The translations under genes and the position numbers were made by a program. A DNA stretch of 64,000 nt from Neocallimastix sp. 'constans' (taxonomy: Eukaryota), in the NCBI GenBank assembly GCA_050613775.1, contig JBODTK010000135.1:372001-436000 (forward strand). Reading direction: 5' to 3'. The notes below the pieces were generated by a model. It ran no database searches, was not told where the DNA came from, and was given only the letters and a program-made list of their open reading frames with translations. This document shows positions 13,360 to 23,757 of the stretch, one piece after another (the first letter of the stretch is position 1; each line of letters starts with the position of its first letter).

Positions 13360-14341
13360 TTTTTTTATGTTACCAAAAATAACTTTTCTATTGCAGAATT
13401 TAATTTTTTTTTTATTTTTTATTTTTATTTATTTATTTTTTTTTAGACTTTATTTCAGTAGATAAAAATTTATTGTTTAAAAATACTAAATAATTAAAAA
13501 TAATAATAATTAATAATATAACAAAAAAAAAAAAAACTTTATTATATTAATACTATTTTAACTATTAAAAAGATTAAAAAATTTTTTAAGAAATAGATAT
13601 TAAATTTTTTTTATATATAATTATTATTTCTTCTTATTATTATTTATAATATTATTTTTAATATAAATTAAACACTATTCATATTTAATATCATAATTTA
13701 TATGGTAGTAGTCATTGTTCATAAATTATTTGTATGAAACTTTTTATGTAGTTCATTAAATGAGGAATTTAAAGAAATTTTATTTACTTTTTATTAAAAA
13801 TATCTATATCAATATTTTTTAAATTAATTTCTAAAGTTTATTTATTCTATTGTGTTACATATGCAAAACAAAATAACATGTTTTATATTTTAATATTTTT
13901 TTTTATTTATTTATATTTAATTTTTTTTTTTTTTTTTTTTTTTGTATTCTATATTTATATTATAATTTAAAAAATAATTTATATTTAAAATTTTAAACTT
14001 TTATTTATATATATGAAGGCAATTTCATAGCTTATAAATATGAATTTAAACACTCTTTCGTACTAATATACTAATTCTTTTATTTTAATGTTGTAATTTT
14101 AATATAGATTAGTTTATACTATTCTTTTTAAATATCCTTCCATAGAATGTAAGTAAATGTTTTAAAAATTTTTTTATATGATTTTTATTATTTAAAATTA
14201 ATTTCCATAAAAGTAAAGTTTTCCAATATAACTTTTTTTTCTATAAATTAAATTTTTAAATTAATGATGTTTTATAAATAATAATAGATCACATATTTTT
14301 ATAATTTTTAATTTTTTTTTATTTTAAATATTGATTATAAT

Positions 14342-14585
14342 TGTTAAAAATAAAGTTCAAATAGTATAGTAATTTATATTATATATATTTAAATCTCTAT
14401 GTATGTATGTATGTATGTGGCTTAATACATATAATATTAATATGAAGTTATTGTGTAATTGATGTAGTAAAAAACTAACATGTAATTAGTATAAAATAAA
14501 ATAATAATTTAATAATTAAATAAAATAGAACTTAAATAAATAAAAAAAAAAAAAATAAAATAAAATAAAAAATAAAAAAACAAAA
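14342..14585 (+). repeat. 5' LTR (244 bp)
   Basis: TGTTAAAAATAAAG...AAAAAAACAAAA, matches 20231-20474 with no difference seen by eye. Confidence 0.93.
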
Positions 14586-14600
14586 GATTAAGAGTCTCAT
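14586..14600 (+). promoter_or_regulatory. Primer binding site complementary to the tRNA-Lys(CUU) anticodon arm
   Basis: GATTAAGAGTCTCAT reverse-complements to ATGAGACTCTTAATC, the anticodon stem-loop of eukaryotic tRNA-Lys-CTT; abuts the LTR; no TGG-type PBS present. Confidence 0.8.
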
Positions 14601-14608
14601 TAGCAGTA

Positions 14609-15652
14609 ATGAGTGAAAAAAGGAATATAACGAATACTGTTGAAGAAACAGTAAATACATTAAACCAAATAAATACAGTAAACATAGCAAATAAACCAAC
14701 TACTACAAAACACCTATTAACATCAAATAACTACAGACTATGGTTAACGGATATGGATCTTTTATTAGTTATTAATGATGTTGATGACTATGTTTACGAA
14801 GAAAAGATAAAAGTTATAAAGAAAAACAAAATAGCTAAAGAAAATCTAAAGAAATATAAAAAGGTTAGAGGTTGTGATGACCTATATTATGAAAAAGACG
14901 TCACAAAAGAAATGATAAAGCTAGATTCTTTAGCTAAGCATCTGATAAACAATAGCATATCAGATGAAATCAAAATCAAATTAGATTTTCAGAGATCTAG
15001 TGCCTATCAAATTTGGAACATTTTAAAAGCAAGTAATACTAGATCAAATGAAGAAAGGAAATTAGAATTAAAAAATAAGTTAGAGAATATGAAATATAAC
15101 AAAGAAAATGATATTTCACTATTTATTGAAGAAATGAACAACATTTTCAATGAATTAAGTAGTCTTGAAATGGAAATCAGCGATGAGAAGAAATTTGAAT
15201 ATCTCTATCTCGCTCTTCCATATGAAATAACATTGGAAGTTAACATAATGGACCACGATGGGAAATGGGAAGATGTTACCAAATGTCTAAAAAAGAAGGT
15301 CCCTAAGCTAAAATATCTTAAGGAACTTAGAAAAGAAAATAACCACAAGAATAATACAGTAATAAACGTTAACTCAATGACCAAGAAAAATAGATTCACA
15401 CCAAGAAACAACAAAGGAAGAAAAAGATGTTATATATGTAACAAGCTAGGACATATAGCACGGGACTGTTGGCATAATGAGAAGAACAAAAGAAAAAAGA
15501 ACAATAATATCAAAGCCAACAACGCAAGTATAAACAAAGAGGATGATGGGTATTGCAAATTTGCTGATGCTCAAATAAGCCTCGAAGATTACAATTCAGA
15601 TGAAGATATCCAATCCTCATACTCCGTTCGACCGAGGCGTGGACGCTACTAA
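14609..15652 (+). CDS. gag: Copia Gag with CCHC zinc knuckle
   Basis: 347-aa ORF directly after the PBS; LTSNNYRLW N-terminal gag motif; CYICNKLGHIARDC. Confidence 0.95.
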   Translation: MSEKRNITNTVEETVNTLNQINTVNIANKPTTTKHLLTSNNYRLWLTDMDLLLVINDVDDYVYEEKIKVIKKNKIAKENLKKYKKVRGCDDLYYEKDVTKEMIKLDSLAKHLINNSISDEIKIKLDFQRSSAYQIWNILKASNTRSNEERKLELKNKLENMKYNKENDISLFIEEMNNIFNELSSLEMEISDEKKFEYLYLALPYEITLEVNIMDHDGKWEDVTKCLKKKVPKLKYLKELRKENNHKNNTVINVNSMTKKNRFTPRNNKGRKRCYICNKLGHIARDCWHNEKNKRKKNNNIKANNASINKEDDGYCKFADAQISLEDYNSDEDIQSSYSVRPRRGRY

Positions 15653-18600
15653 AGCAGAAAATAACATGCCGAGACAAAACCTCAGTTATTATGTGACTGC
15701 CCCGTCAACTAAAGCGAAGCTACCAAGTAATATAGTCAGTTGGACAATTGACTCCGGAGCCACCTATCACATGACAAATGCATTATCAAGTTTAATAGAT
15801 AAGATAAGGTGTGAAGAAATTATCCAATTCGCTGACGGAGGTACAGTTACTGCTACGTACAAAGGTACGTACGTAGGCTATATTAACAATAATGAAATTA
15901 CATTACGAAATGTATTATATATTCCTAAATTCAAAAGAAGTTTGTTGTCAATAGACAACTTAAGTGAAGAAGGTTATAAAACAATATTTTACAATTTTAA
16001 TAATAAAAATTTAGTTACCATTTACAACAAAGAAGGCAAAAGGATATTTACTACCAAATCTAATAAATCCAAAATATATAAAGTATGGACTTTCAAAAAT
16101 AAAATAGAATATAATAGGGACAACAACAAAAAGACTATTACATGTGACAATATTATAAAAGCTTTTAACACAGAAAACATGGAGCTATGGCACCGCCGTC
16201 TTGGCCACTTTTATATAGATAACATTAAGGAAAAATTAAATAATATAAACATACAAAATAAATGTATAATATGTGCGTCCAAGATGAGAAATGAACCTTA
16301 TAACAAAGCAAGAAACAAATCAAAAGAGCCGTTTGAACTTATACATATGGATACAGTGTCATCCCTAGATAGCTCCATATATGGAAATAAATATTTCTTA
16401 AGTATATTAGATGATTATACCAGGTACGGATGGGTCTTTTTTATGAACTCAAAAGCCGAAGTGTTCAATATTTTCAGAAAATGGTATAAGAAAGTCACCA
16501 ACATTTTCAACAAAAATATTAAATATATACGAACCGACAATGGTACTGAGTTTACAAATAATAACTTTAGGAAATTTTGTGAAGAAAATGGTATTGAACA
16601 ACAATTTTCAATACCTTACAACCCACAGCAAAACGGAAGAGCCGAACGTTTTCAAGAAACCCTCATTTATAACGCCACCGCCATGCTCAAAGACGGTAAG
16701 CTAAATCATAAATATTGGGAAGATGCTGTAAGGACAGCAAATTACATTCATAATAGGTTACCACATAATGGTAACAACAACAAAGTGCCTTTTGAGGAAT
16801 TATATCAAGAAAAGGTCGATTATGAAAAGTTTAGAGTATTTGGTTGCCAAGTTTACTTTTATATCCCAAAACAATTTAGGCGAAAATTCAACGGAACCTC
16901 CCTTCCTGGAATATTTTTAGGATATGATGATAAAAATCCAACAGCCTACATAATATATGATACTACAAATAATAAAATAGTCCTTTCAAGGGCAGTTGAA
17001 TTCTTCGAAGATATCCCTGGTAATATTTCCGCACCTTCTACAAGACCAGAAATATATAACTTTGAGGTTAATATGGAAGAATACGATGAAAATAACAAAA
17101 GTACAGTATTACTCCAAGACTATAATAACAAAAATAAGGAACATGAAAATAAAGAGACAACAGAAAATAGAGAAGAAAATAAAAATAATATAATTAATTA
17201 CAATTTAAATACAAATAATAACAATATAAATAATAATGATAATTTAAATAACTTAAATAATAATTATTTAGAAAATAATAATTTAAATAACAATAATAAT
17301 ATAAATAATAATTATCCAAATGATAATAATTTAAATAAATATAATTTTAATAAAAATTATTTAAATGATAATAATATTAATTTTACTTATAGTCCTAATC
17401 CAAATAAAAATTTTCCCCAATCAACCAATATAATTGACCCATATAAAAATTATAATAATTATAATATTTTACCTTTAAATAATTTAAATAGTAATATAAG
17501 TAGCAATTTACCTTTTGCAGAAAACTTAAATCCGGCCATTTACAATTATAATGCTGGATTTATAAATCCTAATTTAAATTATTTAAATAAAAATAATTAT
17601 ATTCAAAATGAAAATTATAATAATTTTCTAAATGAATATAAGGGTCATTTATATTTAAATGATAATAATTTAAATAATAATTATATTAATAAAATTATAA
17701 ATTATGAAAATAATGCTCAAAATTCATCAAATTCAGGAAATTTAAATAATAAAAATTCAGAAGATAATTCTCAAGGTAAATATAATTTAATTAACAACAT
17801 AAACAATAAAAATGATAAAATGGAACAATCCATACATAATTCAAATTGTAATGATAACGTTATGAATGGAAATTCAAGTTCCATTGATAATAATTATGTA
17901 AAAAATAATTATATTCCAAATAATAATTTATATAAAAATAATTTTAATACAAAAATGAGAATTAATAATTTATATGATGGTCAGTCGAATATGAACGATG
18001 TCCAACGTATAAATAATAATTCTAATATAAACAAAGAATTAAATTCAAATATAAACAATGAATTAAATTCAAATATAAACAAAGGATTAATTTCAAATAT
18101 AAACAATGAATTAAATTCAAATATAAATAAAGAATTAAATTCAAATATAAAAAATGAATTAAATTCAAATGTAAGCAAAGAATTAAATTCAAATGTAAAC
18201 AAAGAATTAAAATCAAAAGTAAACAAAGAATTAAATTCAAATATAAAAAATGAATTAAATTCAAATGTAAACAAAGAATTAAATTCAAATGTAAACAAAG
18301 AATTAAATTCAAATGTAAACAAAGAATTAAATTCAAATGAAAATAAAGAATTAAATTCAAATGAAAATAAAGAATTAAATAAATTAGATATGAATAATAA
18401 ATCAAATAATTCTACAATATCAAATATTAATAATGATAAAGAAACACCAGATAAAACAAATAATAAGAAAACAAGTAAACGTAAAGGAAAGAGAAAACTT
18501 GATTCAGAAACAAAACCTGAATCAAAGAAATTAAAATCATCAAATTTAAAGGACAAGAACGTTAAACGGAAAGGTAAGAGAAAACTTGATTCTGAATTAA

Positions 18601-20207
18601 AACCAGAATCAAAGAAAATAAAATCATTTGATTTAATGGATATAATAGAAGATAATTTTTCTTTGTTATCTACAAAGGAGGAGCTGTGTGAACCCTATAA
18701 TTATCCTGATATATTCAATAAAATTGATAAAAATGAATGGTTACAAGCAGTCAAGGAGGAATTAAACAGCATGAAAAACTTAAAAGTTTATAAGAAAGTT
18801 GATAGGGTACCCAAGGGTAGTAATATAATAACACCAAAGTGGGTGTTCAGATACAAATATAATTCAGACAATAGTATAAATAAAAGAAAAGCAAGACTGG
18901 TAGCCAGAGGTTTTACACAAAAACAAGGCATTGATTATAATGAGACGTTCTCGCCCACATTGAAACAGGACTCTTTGAGAATAGCAACTGCTATTGCATC
19001 AGCCAATAACTTTAATATATATCAAATTGATATAAAATCAGCCTATCTAAACGCTACACTAAACGAAGATGTTTATATGGAAATTCCAGAAGGTGCTGAA
19101 GATTATAAAAATGGCTATTGGAAACTAAATAAAGCCTTGTACGGTTTGAAACAGTCCGGTCGTTTGTGGAACGAGACTTTAAATGAAAAACTTATAAATA
19201 TTGGTTTTAATAGACTTCGAAGTGAACCATGCATTTACGTTAAAATGAATGATCGGAATAAAATTATTTGTCTTCTTACAGTTTATGTAGATGATATATT
19301 ATTAACAGGTAATGAACATGAAGTTTATAAAACAAAACATTTACTAAAAAATTATTTTAACATAACTGATATAGGTCCTGTGGATACAATCATTGGCGTT
19401 AAATTTATAAAAGAAAAGGACGGCTATCTATTGCAACAACATAAATATCTAGAGAATATATTAAGAAAATTTGATATAGATAAGTATAAAATATCTTCAA
19501 ATATGATACCAGAAGAAAATGAAGAATTAAGAAAAAGAAAATTCAATATCACGAAATACCAACAAGCTATAGGTAGTTTATTATATCTCGCGATATGTAC
19601 TAGACCGGATATCTTATTTCCTGTGAATAAAGCTTCCAGAAAAGCCAAAGATCCAAATTATGAAGATTGGTATAATGTCATCAAAATATTTAGATACCTC
19701 AAGGGAAAACCTAATTATGGTTTAAGGTATTCAGGAAACTTAAAATTAAATGTTTATGTAGATGCAGATTACGGAGGAGATGTAGAGTCTAGAAAATCTA
19801 CTACGGGTTATATAATTAAAATAGGTTCAGGACCTACCTCATGGTATTCAAAATTACAACACTGTGTATCTGTATCTTCTGCCGAAAGTGAATATTATGG
19901 AATAAATGAATGCGCTAGACATTGCTTGTGGTATGAAAATGTATTAAATGAATTAAAATTAAATTGTAATTGTATAACAATAAATGTAGATAATAAAGCT
20001 GCCATTTATAATTGCGAAAATGAAACTATTAACCCAAGATCTAGACACATAGACATAAAATATCACCACACAAGAGATCTTATTAAAGAAAATAAAATAA
20101 AACTAAAATATATAAAGTCTGAAGATAATCTAGCCGATGGTTTTACAAAGTATCTTAATACATATCTATTAAATAAATTTAGAGATTCTATTATGGTGAA
20201 GTGTTAG
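15600..20207 (+). CDS. pol: Copia Pol polyprotein (protease, integrase, RT, RNase H), +1 frame relative to gag
   Basis: WTIDSGAT protease; WHRRLGH..CIIC zinc finger; HMD/RTDNGTEF/GRAER DDE core; YVDD RT; DADY/ESEY/VDN/NLAD RNase H; uninterrupted ORF. Confidence 0.97.
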   Translation: MKISNPHTPFDRGVDATKAENNMPRQNLSYYVTAPSTKAKLPSNIVSWTIDSGATYHMTNALSSLIDKIRCEEIIQFADGGTVTATYKGTYVGYINNNEITLRNVLYIPKFKRSLLSIDNLSEEGYKTIFYNFNNKNLVTIYNKEGKRIFTTKSNKSKIYKVWTFKNKIEYNRDNNKKTITCDNIIKAFNTENMELWHRRLGHFYIDNIKEKLNNINIQNKCIICASKMRNEPYNKARNKSKEPFELIHMDTVSSLDSSIYGNKYFLSILDDYTRYGWVFFMNSKAEVFNIFRKWYKKVTNIFNKNIKYIRTDNGTEFTNNNFRKFCEENGIEQQFSIPYNPQQNGRAERFQETLIYNATAMLKDGKLNHKYWEDAVRTANYIHNRLPHNGNNNKVPFEELYQEKVDYEKFRVFGCQVYFYIPKQFRRKFNGTSLPGIFLGYDDKNPTAYIIYDTTNNKIVLSRAVEFFEDIPGNISAPSTRPEIYNFEVNMEEYDENNKSTVLLQDYNNKNKEHENKETTENREENKNNIINYNLNTNNNNINNNDNLNNLNNNYLENNNLNNNNNINNNYPNDNNLNKYNFNKNYLNDNNINFTYSPNPNKNFPQSTNIIDPYKNYNNYNILPLNNLNSNISSNLPFAENLNPAIYNYNAGFINPNLNYLNKNNYIQNENYNNFLNEYKGHLYLNDNNLNNNYINKIINYENNAQNSSNSGNLNNKNSEDNSQGKYNLINNINNKNDKMEQSIHNSNCNDNVMNGNSSSIDNNYVKNNYIPNNNLYKNNFNTKMRINNLYDGQSNMNDVQRINNNSNINKELNSNINNELNSNINKGLISNINNELNSNINKELNSNIKNELNSNVSKELNSNVNKELKSKVNKELNSNIKNELNSNVNKELNSNVNKELNSNVNKELNSNENKELNSNENKELNKLDMNNKSNNSTISNINNDKETPDKTNNKKTSKRKGKRKLDSETKPESKKLKSSNLKDKNVKRKGKRKLDSELKPESKKIKSFDLMDIIEDNFSLLSTKEELCEPYNYPDIFNKIDKNEWLQAVKEELNSMKNLKVYKKVDRVPKGSNIITPKWVFRYKYNSDNSINKRKARLVARGFTQKQGIDYNETFSPTLKQDSLRIATAIASANNFNIYQIDIKSAYLNATLNEDVYMEIPEGAEDYKNGYWKLNKALYGLKQSGRLWNETLNEKLINIGFNRLRSEPCIYVKMNDRNKIICLLTVYVDDILLTGNEHEVYKTKHLLKNYFNITDIGPVDTIIGVKFIKEKDGYLLQQHKYLENILRKFDIDKYKISSNMIPEENEELRKRKFNITKYQQAIGSLLYLAICTRPDILFPVNKASRKAKDPNYEDWYNVIKIFRYLKGKPNYGLRYSGNLKLNVYVDADYGGDVESRKSTTGYIIKIGSGPTSWYSKLQHCVSVSSAESEYYGINECARHCLWYENVLNELKLNCNCITINVDNKAAIYNCENETINPRSRHIDIKYHHTRDLIKENKIKLKYIKSEDNLADGFTKYLNTYLLNKFRDSIMVKC
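18027..18380 (+). repeat. In-frame 24-bp minisatellite, ~15 copies, encoding (I/V/E)NKELNSN
   Basis: Visible in DNA and in the Pol translation between integrase core and RT. Confidence 0.95.
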
Positions 20208-20222
20208 TCACAATTGAACTTT

Positions 20223-20230
20223 AGGAGGAG
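20223..20230 (+). promoter_or_regulatory. Polypurine tract
   Basis: AGGAGGAG immediately before the TG of the 3' LTR. Confidence 0.85.
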
Positions 20231-20474
20231 TGTTAAAAATAAAGTTCAAATAGTATAGTAATTTATATTATATATATTTAAATCTCTATGTATGTATGTA
20301 TGTATGTGGCTTAATACATATAATATTAATATGAAGTTATTGTGTAATTGATGTAGTAAAAAACTAACATGTAATTAGTATAAAATAAAATAATAATTTA
20401 ATAATTAAATAAAATAGAACTTAAATAAATAAAAAAAAAAAAAATAAAATAAAATAAAAAATAAAAAAACAAAA
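20231..20474 (+). repeat. 3' LTR (244 bp)
   Basis: Matches the 5' LTR; followed by ATAAT TSD. Confidence 0.93.
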
Positions 20475-20656
20475 ATAATAATAAAAATTAAACCTGAAAA
20501 AAAAAAAAAAAATACTGAATTTATTAATAAGAAGGAATATAAAAAATTATTATATATTCAATAAATAGATAATTTAACATAACAAAGATATTAAAACTAT
20601 AAATAAAAGCATATTATTATTATTATTTTTTTTTTTTTTTTTGTTATAACTTTAAT

Positions 20657-20777
20657 TTAATGCAAAATATAAATAATGTAGAATAAAAAAAAATTAATGC
20701 GAACTATAAAATAATGTAGAATAAAAAAAAAATTAATGCAAACTATAAAATAATGTAGAATATAAAAAAAAATTAAG
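20657..20777. repeat. ~39-bp minisatellite, 3 copies
   Basis: TAATGC..TATAAA(A)TAATGTAGAATAAAAAAAAAT repeated three times. Confidence 0.8.
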
Positions 20778-22869
20778 TAAAAGCTTTTTTTTTTTAACTT
20801 ATTTTATTTTTTAATTTAACCTTAAATAAATAATATATACTTTATAAAATTTTTAATATTTAATTATTTTAATTCGTTTATTTTATTTTTATTGTACTTT
20901 TATTTATATTTTACTTTCTTATTTCCTTATTATACTTTACATTTTATTTTATTTTATTCAATCTGTACTTTATATATTTAAGTTCAACTGTTAATTTTAT
21001 TTTGTATTATTTTTATTTTTATTTTATTTTTATAATTAATAAAAAAAAAGTTGCATATAATAAAAATATGTCATATAAGGTAATAATAAAAATTGTATAT
21101 AAAATTGGTAATAAATATATATATATATATTTTTTTTTTCAATAAGAATAAAAATAGGAATAATAAATTAAAAAGTCATTTATCATTTTTTTAATATCAT
21201 TTTACAAACCCTTACCCCATTTTTTATTTTATAATGTTTTTATTTATCCTTTTTATTAGTATAATTATTATTCATTATTAAATATTATATTATATATAAT
21301 TATGTTCGTATTATTTTTTAATTATATTAAATATTTTAATATTTTTCATTTTATTTTAATTTATTTATTTTTGTTCTAATTCATTTAAATGGTATAATTT
21401 TAAAAGTATAATAAAATTTACTAAGAAATTATAAAGAAATGAATAAAAAAAAAAAAAAAAAAAAAGATATAAGATAAAGTTTTTTATATAAAAGAAAAAA
21501 AAAATACATATTAAAAATTTATTAAATAATAAAATTTGTATACTATTAAATGATTCATTGTATAGTAAGGTAGAAAATTAATATAAAAATATAATAAATT
21601 TTAATAATTGCAAACAAAAAAATTTTTAATAATTATAATTAAATGTAAAAATTAATATAAATTATTTAATAATTAAATTAGTAATAATAAAAATAATAAT
21701 TAATATAATTTTTTTTTGATATTAATAATTGTAATTTGTTTTTAATTTACTTTTTTTTTTAAAAAAAAAAAATATAGTCCTAAATTTCCTTTTATGGTAT
21801 AATAATGTAATTGATCAGTTTAATGAAATTTAAAAATTAAAAAAAAAAATAAAAATAAAAAAAATTTTTTTTAAAAAATTCAATAATTATAATAAACAAA
21901 TAAACTTGATATGTTTTTATTATTTGTTTATTACTTTTTTTTTTTATTTTCTTGTTATTGAGGAAGAAAAATAAATATCATATATACAATAAATAAATAT
22001 ACTTTAAAATATTTATACTTTGTATTACTAATAGTATTATTATAAATAAATATTCTTAATAATGATTTATTCAAAAATATAAATGGTAATTATTAATTAC
22101 TGTTATTTTTGAAAAATATTAAATTAATAATTTAAAAATAATTATTTATTTTAATATATTTAAAAATAAAATAATAATAATTAAAATTTATAATCCCAAG
22201 AATATAGGTAATCAACTTTTTTTTTTGGATACTATCTATTTTTGTATTACTATTGTATCAGTATATATAAATAAATATATTGTATTATATATTATATATC
22301 TGTATCTGTATATGTATATAGACCAAGATTTAAATTAAAAAAAAATAAAATAAAATAAAATAAGATTAATAAGAAATAACATATTTCATATTATTATTAA
22401 GAAAATTAATAAAGAATTGCTTTATTGGTAGATAGTAAAACAATTAAAATACATTAAAAAAAAAAAAAAAGCAAAACAAAACAGTAAATCATGAAATGAA
22501 CTAAAAGAGTAATTACATGTAAATAATTAGATAAAAAAGAAAAAAAAATCTTTTTAATATTATAAATAATAAAGAAAAATAATAATTTTAATATTAAAAA
22601 AAAAAAAAAAAGACAATAAAATAAATAAAGATAAATGTCGAAGTAAAAGTATAATGAAATAAATAAAAATTAATATAATATTCTAAAATAAAACAACCCT
22701 AACTGGTGAGAAATAACACATCCAAAAAAAAAGTTTAATAAATATTAAATGTAATTGTATATTATTACAACAATTATATATGAAAAAAAAATTTTAATAC
22801 TATTAAAATAATTAAAATTAAGAAATTTTTTATAAATTTTTTTATATATTTTATTATTTAATTATTGTA

Positions 22870-22902
<33 letters not shown>

Positions 22903-23721
22903 AACATTAATTATTAAGTTAGAATAAGAAAAAAGGTTTGATATTATTACATTATTACTCTTTATAAATATATGTATAACAAAAAAAAAATTTTTTTTGA
23001 ATGCTATAGAATAATAAATTATCTTTATTATTTTTATTATAAATTTTTTTTATTTTTTTTTTTTAAATTAAATTCTTAAATAGTTATATTTATTTATATT
23101 TTATCTATTTTTATTTATTTTAATTAAATTTCAAATTTTTCTATTTTTACAAATAAATGTCAATATATAATTAAATATATAATTCAATAAAGTCACAACC
23201 AATAATTATTAATGTGTAATTTTTTTTTAGCTTAATGAATAAAAAAGTAAATAATATAAATATAAAGATATTATTAAAATCTGTAATTTCAAAAAAAAAA
23301 AAAGAAAAAACTTTTTATTTTATTAGGAAATTTAATTAATTAATGATATATGATAAATGAGTCATTACATTTTTTTTATATGTATATAAAGATTTTAAGA
23401 TTTTTATTTTAAAAATAAAATTTTATCATAGGTATATCAATTTATATATATTAATTAAATAATTAATTTTATTATATATATATTATTTATTCAATATTAT
23501 TTCTTCTTATCTTTTTAAGTTAATAGTTACATAAAGGGAAAAACTATTTTATAAATTTATTAAAAAACTTTAAATTATCATTTTTTTTTTTACTTTGAAT
23601 ATACTTAAATTTTTTAAAGTTCAAATATCAAAAAAAAAAAAAAAAAAAAAAAAAAAAGATAATTTAAATCTTAATTCTTAATACTCATCAATTTTTTATT
23701 TATTTATTATTTATTTTTAAC

Positions 23722-23757
<36 letters not shown>

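Larger units (their letters stand above)
14342..20474 (+). mobile_element. Full-length Ty1/copia LTR retrotransposon
   Basis: Two apparently identical LTRs, ATAAT TSD (14337-14341, 20475-20479), PBS, PPT, gag plus pol in PR-IN-RT-RH order. Confidence 0.97.

Noticed and set aside
17981..18556. Antisense repeat ORFs and a possible CRISPR-like array
   Set aside because: Contiguous 24-bp coding minisatellite of pol with no spacers; eukaryotic context
22694..22712. CAACCCTAACTGGTGAGAA resembling a telomerase RNA template
   Set aside because: Isolated 19-mer with no pseudoknot or structured flank
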